64,000 bases of DNA from Scenedesmus sp. PABB004 (taxonomy: Eukaryota): NCBI GenBank assembly GCA_014905635.1, contig JABVCE010000037.1, positions 124,001 to 188,000 of the forward strand, given 5' to 3'. The position numbers and the translations under genes are program-made. This document shows, one piece after another, positions 35,376-43,973 of the stretch. Below the pieces are notes generated by a model that had not been told where the DNA came from, made no database searches, and saw nothing but the letters and a program-made list of their open reading frames with translations. Numbering within the stretch: the stretch's first letter is position 1; the number at the start of each line of letters is the position of its first letter.

Positions 35376-36106
35376 TCGTGTGCCGGCTGGGGGTGCGGGG
35401 ACGCGCGCGGGGGCCAGGGCGAGCTGCGGCGGCGGGCGGCGGTTCTGGGCTCAGGGCCAGCTCGGCCCGGCGGCGCCCGGCACATGGCAGTCGGCGGCGC
35501 GTGTGTCGACGTGCTGCCCGCCCGCGGGCGGCGGCAGGTGTCTCACGGCGATGGAGCTGCTGCGCCACCGCGCGGCCGCGGGCAGGGCGCGCACGCCGGC
35601 GGCAGCCACTCAACACGAGCCGCTGCTGCTCCGTCGCGCCCCGTGCCACGACGCCGCGTCCCGCACGCGCGGCGCCAGGGCGCTGCCGCCGCGCCGCGGC
35701 CGCGCAGCAGCGCGCGACGGCGCCGCCCTGCTGCCCTGCCCTGCGCAGCGCGTGCGCAGCTGCGGAGGGCGCGCTGGCCCGAGCGAGCCCGCGCGGCGCG
35801 CGCCCGCTGGGTCAGCGCAGTCGGCGCAGTCGGCGTGCGGGTCGTGGCCCCGCGCCGCCGCGGCTCCACGGTGCCGCTGGGCGAGGAGGGGCAGCACAGG
35901 GCCTCGCACGTCGCGTCCCGCGGCGCCGCGCGCTCCGGGCGGGGCGGGCCGGTCAACCACCGGCTGACCGCCCGCTGCTGCCAGCCGGCCTCGCGCCGCC
36001 CGGGCCTCGCACCGGCCCGGGCCCGCCCCAGCGCGTCGGGCGTGGCCCAGAGACGTGCCTGGCGCACAGGGGAGGCAGCAAAAGGGCACACACAAAGTTT
36101 TGCGTT

Positions 36107-36151
36107 TGCGCTCGCCGACAATCGAACTCGGGCCTGGTCCGTGGCAGGGAC
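36107..36151 (-). pseudogene. 5'-truncated tRNA-Gly(GCC) copy (anticodon arm, T arm, 3' acceptor strand)
   Basis: Matches the 3' 45 nt of the 37946-38016 tRNA with one T-stem substitution; D arm and A box are absent. Confidence 0.85.
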
Positions 36152-36749
36152 AGGGCGGCGGGGCCAGGCCGGGCGGCGAGCGGCGGGCGGCGGCGCTCGG
36201 GGCCTGCTCGGCCGGGCGGGCCGCTCGGGGGCGGCGCCCGGCACATGGCAGTCAGCAGCGCGCGCGTCAGCGCGCTGCCCGACACCGGAGGGCGGCGGCA
36301 GCAGATTGGCGCGATTACTCACGGCGATGGAGCTGCTGCGCCACCGCGCGCGGCCGGGGGCAGGGCGCGCACGCCGGCGGCAGCCACTCAACACGAGCCG
36401 CTGCTGCTCCGCCGGCGCCCCGTGCCACGACGCCGCGTCCCGCACGCGCGGCGCCAGGGCGCTGCCGGCGCGCCGCGGCCGGCCGGCAGCGTGCGAGGGC
36501 GCCACCTGCTGCCCTGCCCTGAGCGCGTGCGCAGGGCGCGCTGGGCAGAGCGCGTGCGCATGGCGCGCCCCTGGGGTCGACGCGGCCGCGACTGTGTCGA
36601 TCGCCGCCGGCGCCGGCCCGCGGGTCGGCTCCGCGCCACCGCTGCGGGGCTGCGCGAGGTTGCGGCGCCCCCGGCCCCGGGGTGTCCCGCCGAGCTTGCA
36701 GCGCGTCGGGCGTGACGTCAACGTTGGGCGGTGGGCGCAGGGTTCAGAA

Positions 36750-36808
36750 CGCTTGCCGAACTCTGGCCTGGTCCGTGGCAGGGACCGACCACCACGACGC
36801 TTAAGCGC
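36750..36808 (-). pseudogene. Degenerate tRNA-Gly(GCC)-derived copy
   Basis: Minus strand GCGCTTAAGCGTCGTGGTGGTCGGTCCCTGCCACGGACCAGGCCAGAGTTCGGCAAGCGT: intact anticodon arm, altered D arm, deleted T arm. Confidence 0.7.
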
Positions 36809-36831
36809 ACGCGGTGCTTGGCGCGCGCCAA

Positions 36832-37474
36832 GCACCGCCGGCGACGCCGTGCAGCTGCCCGGCCTGGTGCTGTCCTTCGCAGCCGGCAGCGGTTGGTCAG
36901 CTGCCGCCGGCGCGCGCGCGCGGTCGCCGTGACACTCGTCAGGGCCGCCCGCCAGGTGCCGCGCGGCGCGCCGTCGCATCGATCAACTTACAAAGCCCCC
37001 GATCTGGTGATCGCCGGCTGCACGAGCGCCCGCCTCGGCGAGGCGGGCGACTGGCCGCCCGCCCCACTTCTGGGAGGCTCGGCGCTGCTGGCCCGCTGAA
37101 CCGGTCACGGCGCGGCGCCCCGGCGCCACAAATTGCCCGCCCGTCGCGCGTCGCGGCTCTCCACCGGCACAGCACACGCGACTGGCCCAACGCCCTCGTT
37201 CCCGTTGGCTCCCTCTTTCTTTTGCGCGCCAGCGAGGTGCGTGGAGGTCGGTACAGGCTTGGAACGGCCGCCGGCGCGCCGCTGAGGCTCGGCGGGCCGC
37301 GCCGGAGCTGGCGCACGCAGCTCCGCGCGCGTGCCCGGCCAGGCTCGCCCCCGCGCGAGCAGGGCGTACCCCGGGTCCCAGCACGCCGCGGTGGCCTCCC
37401 CGCCGCTTGCAGAACGCCACGGATGCCCGGCAGACCCCTCACGCCCGCCCCCGCGCCCGCGCGGCCCGCCCGCC
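36832..37474. repeat. Right arm of the ~650-bp inverted repeat (partner 33166-33818)
   Basis: Reverse complement of 33166-33818 with few differences (the A-tract is shorter). Confidence 0.92.
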
Positions 37475-37945
37475 GTTCTGTTGGCTCCCTTTCTTTGGCC
37501 GCGCCGCGCCGCGGCCGGCCCGCGCAGCAGCGCGCGAGGGCGCCGCCCTGCTGCCCTGCCCTGCAGGGCAGCAGCGCAGCTGCGCAGCGCGTGCGCAGCT
37601 GCGGAGGGCGCGCTGGCCCGAGCGAGCCCGCGCGGCGCGCGCCCGCTGGGTCGGCGCAGTCGGCGCAGTCGGCGTGCGGGTCGTGGCCCCGCGCCGCCGC
37701 GGCTCCACGGTGCCGCTGGGCGAGGAGGGGCAGCACAGGGCCTCGCACGTCGCGTCCCGCGGCGCCGCGCGCTCCGGGCGGGGCGGGCCGGTCAACCACC
37801 GGCTGACCGCCCGCTGCTGCCAGCCGGCCTCGCGCCGCCCGGGCCTCGCACCGGCCCGGGCCCGCCCCAGCGCGTCGGGCGTGGCCCAGAGACGTGCCTG
37901 GCGCACAGGGGAGGCAGCAAAAGGGCACACACAAAATTTTGCGTT

Positions 37946-38016
37946 TGCGCTCGCCGAGAATCGAACTCGGGCCTGGTCCGTGGCAGGGACCTATCATACC
38001 ACTAGACTACGAGCGC
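37946..38016 (-). tRNA. trnG-GCC: tRNA-Gly (anticodon GCC), intact, 71 nt
   Basis: Minus strand GCGCTCGTAGTCTAGTGGTATGATAGGTCCCTGCCACGGACCAGGCCCGAGTTCGATTCTCGGCGAGCGCA folds as a cloverleaf; TTTT terminator at 37933-37936; upstream CAA and a TATAAT-like AT-rich tract. Confidence 0.96.
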
Positions 38017-38181
38017 TTGTGGGGGTTGAGAGGTGGTGATATCACAGCAATCGTATTATACATAACCATGTTATCTTAAATCACCGATTTTCGCGGAATG
38101 CCATGTTTGACCCCACCTTCACGTCAGGCTTGCTCGGACCGACCGAGCCAAGTTGTTGGAAGCGGATTTCGCCCGGGGGCA

Positions 38182-38284
38182 CCGACGTAACACAAAGAAA
38201 AGGCGAGCGCTCGCCCTGCGTTGACCGCGTTCACTCGGCCCCGACCAGCGCCACGGGGGCGCGGGCGCCCTGCCGCCGCGTGGG
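38182..38284 (+). repeat. ~100-bp direct repeat, copy 1 (copy 2 at ~43620-43714)
   Basis: CCGACGTA(A/G)CACAAAGAAAAG...GCCCTGCGTTGACCGCGTTCACTCGGCCC(C)GACCAGC..CCACGGGG..GCGCCCTGC is shared. Confidence 0.85.
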
Positions 38285-38667
38285 AACGTTTGCTGGTGGG
38301 CGACGGCAGGCGCGCCGCCGCGCCCCGCCGCTGCTGCTGCCGCGCGCAGCAGGTCCAGCGGCGGCAGCGACTGCCACTGGACCTGCCGAGCGCGGCAGCG
38401 CAGCAGCGGCAGCGACTGCGAGTCCAGCGGCATCTCGAGGCCGCTGTCTCACGTCGGGGAAGAACGCGAACTCGATGTCGCCCCATCGCGTCTGGAACAC
38501 CACGCGCTCGTCGGAGAGGCGCGGCCCCGCCTGCGGCTGCGCCTCCTGCGCGGCCGCGGCCGCGCCAACCGCCGCCCAGAGCAGCAGCAGCAGCGGCGGC
38601 GCCGCGCGGGGCGGCGTGCGGCTGCGGCGCGGCGCTGCCATCGCGGCGGCGGCGGCGGCGGCGATCG
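38275..38667 (-). pseudogene. Truncated duplicate of the cyclophilin 5' end (ATG 38641, exon 1 plus most of intron 1)
   Basis: Exon 1 reads identical to 35155-35343; the intron is diverged and stops just short of its acceptor. Confidence 0.88.
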
Positions 38668-39155
38668 GCCGGCTTCCCGATGGCGCGCCGCGCCTGCGCC
38701 GCCGCGAGCACGTCGGGCTCATGTTCGTGCCGCCCCCGCCTTGGCGTGTGGCGCGTGGCGTGCCTGGCTGCGCTCGCGGCCGTGGGCACCCGCCGGCGCG
38801 CCGCCAACCTCGCGGCCCTCCAGGCCAAGAGGGAGGCGGACGCCCGGGCGGCGGCCGCGCAGGCCCGGCGTGCGGAGCGCGCCGAGGCTGCGGGCCAGCG
38901 CCTCATCTCCAGCATGCTGCCCGCTGCGCCTCCCGCCGAGGCGCAGCAGCAGCGACAAGCGACTTAAGCGGCGGGCCGCCGCGGCGGCCGAGAGCGCGCG
39001 CGCGCAGCGGCTGCGGCAGGCCCAGCAAGCGGTAGGCGCGGCCCGTGCAACCTCGAGACGTCCCCCTGAGCACCTCGAGCTGTTCCCGCGCCCAGCAGCC
39101 CCGGTCTGGCCTCGCAGGGGATGACTCGCGGCGCGGGTCACCCCGCACTTACCCA
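38668..39155 (+). mobile_element. Possible degenerate 3' relic of a non-LTR (L1-like) retrotransposon ORF2
   Basis: Across frameshifts it reads LRRREHVGLMFVPPP / GVWRVACLAALAAV..RRRAA / ..AVGAAR..PVW..GHP, resembling from memory algal L1 C-terminal tails; no RT domain present. Confidence 0.35.
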
Positions 39156-39358
39156 AGACCGTACAAGACGTAGCCAAGACCACGCTGTCACTTCCGGTGT
39201 ATTTCCGCGGCCCTCATGGCGCGCGCGCCCGGCGACAAGCCCGCACAGGGCCAGCGCGCGCGGTCCGGCCAGTCCCGCTCTTTTCCGCCCTCCTGCCACG
39301 CGCGCGCGCGCGCGCACGGTGGCCTGATCGCCCACTCACGCCGACGGCTCGTACGACG

Positions 39359-42300
39359 ATGGTGAGAACGCTGGCGCGCGGGCGCGGCCTGGCTCGGAAG
39401 CGGCGCCGCAGTTTTCGTGCGCGAAGCTCCCGGCGCGCCGGCGGCACCCGTCGCCCCGCAGGCCGCCGCACCGCGCCGCCTGCTGGCGTGCCTGGTGCTG
39501 GCGGCGTGGTTTGCGGCGACCGCGACGTCGCGGGACATCCCCGTCACCGAGAGCGGGGGCACACACCGCATGCCCACGCGCGCGCTGCGCCAGGACGAGC
39601 CCGCCAGCACCGCCGCGGCCGTGCCCGCAGTCTGCAGCGCGACGGGGCAGGGCGCCGGCTCCAACACCACCACGCGCTGCGCGCAGCGCTGCCAGGTCTG
39701 CGTCAACGACCGCACCATCACAACGCGCAACCGCACCTGCCTCTGCTGCAAGGCGGGCTTCGTGCTCAGCCGCAGGGAGCCCGGGTACTGCCGGCCGTGC
39801 GCGCCCAAGACCTACAGCCCCATGCCCGGGCGTGCGCGCTGCATGCTCTGCCGCGGCGCGTTCATCACCCTGCGCCCTGGCTCCAAAAGCTGTGACGGTG
39901 AGCGCGGGCGCCGCGCCCGGCCGGGGACAGAGCCGCTCCCGCGCCGAGCCGCCGCAGCCTGACGCCCACTTCCCTCTCCACTCGCCGCCGACGCTCGCAG
40001 CCTGCGCGCCCGGCCACGGCGGATTATCGTGCTTGCAGTGTGCTGCCGACACCCTACTCAGCCGGCGGCTGGCCAAACTCCACGAAATGCCGGGCGTGCC
40101 CCACCGGCACGAGCACGGGCGCCCTGCCCGGCGCGACGTCGCTGGCCGGCTGCCTCCCCGGTGCGGGCGTGAGGGCGGCAATGCCCCTGCCGGCCTGCTG
40201 CATGGCGCGCCCAACTGCATTGCTGACATGCACGCGCCGCCCTCTCCCTCTTGACGCCACAGTGAACAACACCAGTGAGGGGCCTCCTGCGCAAGCCAGC
40301 CCCAGCCCGTCGCCCGCGCCGCTGGCTCTCAGCAGCCCCAGCCCCAGCCCCAACCCCAGCTCGGCCCCGTTGGCCCAGGTGGCTCGTCGGTCCTGAGCTG
40401 TGGCGCCTTCACCTGCACTAGCGGCGTGCCCCGGCCCAACAACACCGTCGGGAGCTCCGAGGCCGCCTGTTGCGTGAGTGGGTCGGGTCGCGCGGGTTGC
40501 GCGCGAGGGCACGCCGCAGCGCAGCATGGGCGCAGGGCCCGGTCACTGTGCCAGAGCTGCACTCACGCAGCCGCCCACCGCCGCACTCCCCACAACCACC
40601 GCAGAGCACGTGCGCCAACCCCGCCGCGCCGATCACCTGCCCTGATGGGCTGCAGCTGCCGTCGATTCCGGTGGCCCTGCCGGCGAGCATCGAGCCATCC
40701 GCTGCTCGGTGCTGCGTGAGTTGCCGCGGGCCCGCTGACAGCCGGGCTTGCTGACTGTCGCACACGCAACTGCAGGTGCAGCGCCAGCTGACCCACCCCA
40801 CCACCCGCGCCACCGCAGGCGCACCCGGTCAACGCGACCTGCATCGACATTGACGGCGCGGGCGCCGGACACGCAAGGCAGGGCGGGTCCCGCTCACCGC
40901 CAGTCGCTGACAGCTGTGCTCGCACGCTGCCTGCACCCACGCGCAGGCACGGGCACGGGCTGGGCCAACGTGGGCCTCAACACCAGCATCGCCGGGCAGA
41001 CGCCCGGCCAAGCGCAGGCCACGTGTTGCACGGTGGGCGGGGCCGTCACGGGCGCAGCAGCGCGTTGTCTGCCGGCGCGAGCGCGGTGCCTGCCAAGCGA
41101 GGCGCGCAGCCACGTTGCGTGCTCGCTGCGCTTGACCGCTTTTGCCTCCCTGCTGTTGCTCTCCGCGCACAGGCGTACGGCGCAAGCGCAACGTGCGGCA
41201 GCACGTCCGGCAGTGCCGTAAAGGCAGAAAAAAAGGCCTCGTCCTTTGCGCTGGCGTCAGCGTTCAACTGCTCCGGCACCAGCCAGCCGTTCCCCAACGC
41301 GCTCTACGCGCTGGCCAGCATCGGCGGCCTCACGCCTGCGGCGGCAGAGGCTGTGTGCTGCACGGTGCGCTGCCGGCGGCGATGAGCCGGCCTTGGGCGC
41401 TGCGTTTCCTGACGCCGCAGCGCTCTGCTTCCCTGCCGCCAGGCGTACCCTGCGGGCGCGACGTGCGCTGACCGCGACGGCAGCCTGACGGCAGCCACGC
41501 AGCTGCTGTCATGTGAGTTTGGCGCTGGGCGGGGGGCCGCCACGGGGGGCAGGGCGCATGCGCGCTCTGTCGCGCTGCGCGCACACCTGGCAGCCCGCCA
41601 AAACTCGGCGGGCACTCACCGGCTCTGTTGCTGCTGCTCCCATGCCACGCAGGCGGGAACTTGGCCATGACCATCAACGCTACCACCACCACCATTGCCG
41701 GGCTCAGTGCCGCCGAGGCCGCAACCGCTTGTTGCACCACGGCGCCGGCGGTTGTGGCCGTCGCTGCCAGCTACGTCTGCACCTGCGCGCTGCTGAGGGA
41801 TACCTCGGTGCGCTGCTTTGGGCACAATAACAAAGGCCAACTGGGCGACGGCTCGATCACAGACAGACTCGTGCCCGTGCCCGTCACGTGGCCGGGCGGC
41901 GCGCCGCTGACTGGTGTGGCTGAGCTCGCCGCCGGCGGGCAGCACACGTGCGCGCGGCTGGCTAACGGCACCGCGGCCTGCTGGGGCGACAACACGTACG
42001 GCCAGCTCGGGGATGGTACCAACACAAGCAGGCTCAACCCCGTTGCCGTCACGCAATCGCTGGGCGGCGCGCCGCTGACCGGCGTGGCGAGCATCACCGC
42101 CGGCACGTCCCACACCTGCGCGGCGCTGGTCGACGGCACGGCAATGTGCTGGGGCATCAACGACTACGGCCAGTTGGGCATAGGCAACAGCAACACCAAG
42201 CGGCTGAGCCCAGTGGCCGTCATGGATCTGGATGTGCCGCTGGCAGGCGTGGCAGGCATCACCGCTGGTTCGTTTCACACCTGCGCGCGGCTGCTGGCCA

Positions 42301-42881
42301 ACGGCACCGCGGCCTGCTGGGGCTACAACTCGCACGGCGAACTGGGCGACGGCACCAACACAGACAGACGCATGCCCGCGCACGTCACGTGGCCGGGCGG
42401 CGCGCTGCTGACCGACGTGGCCGAGATTAATGCTGGCTGGTACCACACCTGCGTGCGGCTGGCCAATGGCACCGTGGGTTGCTGGGGCTATAACGATTTC
42501 GGCCAGCTGGGGGATGGCACCAGCGGATCCAACCGCCCCAACCCCGTGGCCGTTTCAAACCTCACGGGCGTGACGCTCGTCGCTGCGGGGGCGCGGTCCA
42601 CCTGCGTCATTGCCGGCAGCGAGGTGGCGTGCTTTGGAGAAAACTCCTACGGCCAGCTGGGCGTCACCGTCAACGCGGGGACCGGCAATGCAAACCCCAC
42701 CCCGATGACCGTGCCGGGCCTGAGCGGCGCGGCGGGCGTGGCTGCCGGGGATCTCCACACGTGCGCCTTTTGGGCGGGCGGGCTGCTCGAGTGCTTCGGG
42801 CTGAACGACTATGGCCAGCTGGGCCGGAACTCGACCAACTTGGTCGCCAACCCCAGCCCCGAGGTCGTGCGCTTTGCGTGA
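39359..42881 (+). CDS. Secreted modular protein: Cys-rich (GCC2/GCC3, TNFR-like) repeats, SP linker, CC-ending modules and a C-terminal RCC1/BLIP-II beta-propeller; two apparent frameshifts
   Basis: ATG|GTGAG at 39359, signal AAAPRRLLACLVLAAWFAATATS; CRPCAPKTYS..CMLC; terminal exon ~41653-42881 has 7 repeats of HTCA..GTA.CWG.N.YGQLG.G. Confidence 0.8.
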
Positions 42882-43247
42882 CGCTCGGCGCGCAACGCAG
42901 GATGGACGCTCCGCTCCCATCACACCATCCATTGCGGCACCCCATGCTGATTCGTCACTCTCTTCACTCTCTTGCCGCGCGGCACGGGGTGTTACCACAT
43001 GCCGCAACACGTTGAGTGTGTGTGCTGCGTCAACCCCTCAGCGTGTGTGACGAGCACGCACGCGCGCGGGCAGCGCGCGCATCGCCGGGGGGGGGGGGGT
43101 GATATTGTTGTTCATGGGGGGGGGGGCTTCGCTTCTGCCTCGTTGGTGGGCTCGGCTCTCTTTGCGATGCCGTGGCAGCCTCGCCTCGCAGCGTCGCTCC
43201 CTCGCGGGCTGCATTGAGCTCAGCAACACGCACACATGCGCCTGCAC

Positions 43248-43440
43248 ACACCCTGACGATCACATACACTCAGCTTGCCTTCACACAATAAAGTTCGTTA
43301 CCGCCTCAGCCTTGCGCGCGCCTGGGCCGCGCCATGCTCGTTACACCCTGACGATCACATGCAATCAGCTTGCCTTCACAATAAGGTACCGCCTCAGCCT
43401 TGCGCGCGCCTGGGCCGCGCCATGCTCGCTACACGCCCTG
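43248..43440. repeat. Tandem duplication, ~2.1 copies of an 88-95 bp unit
   Basis: ACACCCTGACGATCACAT..CAGCTTGCCTTCACA..TACCGCCTCAGCCTTGCGCGCGCCTGGGCCGCGCCATGCTCG starts at 43248 and 43343, with a stub at 43431. Confidence 0.9.
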
Positions 43441-43619
43441 CGCCGGCTTGCCAGCATGCGATCCCGCTTGCGAGCTGCTCGGTTGGTCGCACTTGGAGGA
43501 CACAGACACGTGCGGTGGCGGGGAGGGAGTTGGTCAGGCCCGCCAGGCGTTCCGATGTGGGTCGCTCAACCGCCCGGAGTCTACCGGGCCCCGCCGTGTA
43601 ACCAACAACAACAACAGGC

Positions 43620-43714
43620 GCCGACGTAGCACAAAGAAAAGCCGCTTGCCCTGCGTTGACCGCGTTCACTCGGCCCGACCAGCACCACGGGGCGGGGGCG
43701 CCCTGCGCCGTGGG
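43620..43714 (+). repeat. ~100-bp direct repeat, copy 2
   Basis: Matches 38182-38284; preceded by TGTAA (43597) and (CAA)4. Confidence 0.85.
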
Positions 43715-43892
43715 CGCTGCTGCCGCCGAGACCGGCGGGCGGCGTGTACGTAGTGGGTTTACAAGTGGGTTTACAAGTAGCCTGCGCCCTGCACCAGCCC
43801 GCCGCACATCACAGGCCTCGACTCGGGGCGCTACACCCACGCCGCGCCGCTCTGGCCTCAGGCGAGGCCGGCGCGGGGCGTGCGCGCCCTGT

Positions 43893-43948
43893 CCCCCTGA
43901 TCACCCCCTGGTCACCCCCTGATCACCCCCTGGTCATCCCCTGATCAC
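43893..43948. repeat. 11-bp tandem repeat CCCCCTG(A/G)TCA x5 in the ABCC 3' UTR
   Basis: Directly visible, with alternating A/G variants. Confidence 0.9.
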
Positions 43949-43973
43949 TCAGTGCTGCTTTGCATCGTCAACA

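Larger units (their letters stand above)
35470..38016 (-). repeat. Three related tRNA-Gly-headed units (~35470-36151, ~36235-36808, ~37500-38016)
   Basis: 35470-35740 matches 36235-36530; 35700-36151 matches 37500-37990; GGCCTGGTCCGTGGCAGGGAC occurs in all three. Confidence 0.85.

Noticed and set aside
33166..37474. Autonomous DNA transposon with long terminal inverted repeats
   Set aside because: No transposase, and I found no target-site duplication; the interior is a host cyclophilin gene and tRNA-derived units.
43248..43948. Repeats as a CRISPR array
   Set aside because: Head-to-tail tandem units without unique spacers, eukaryotic context, no cas genes.
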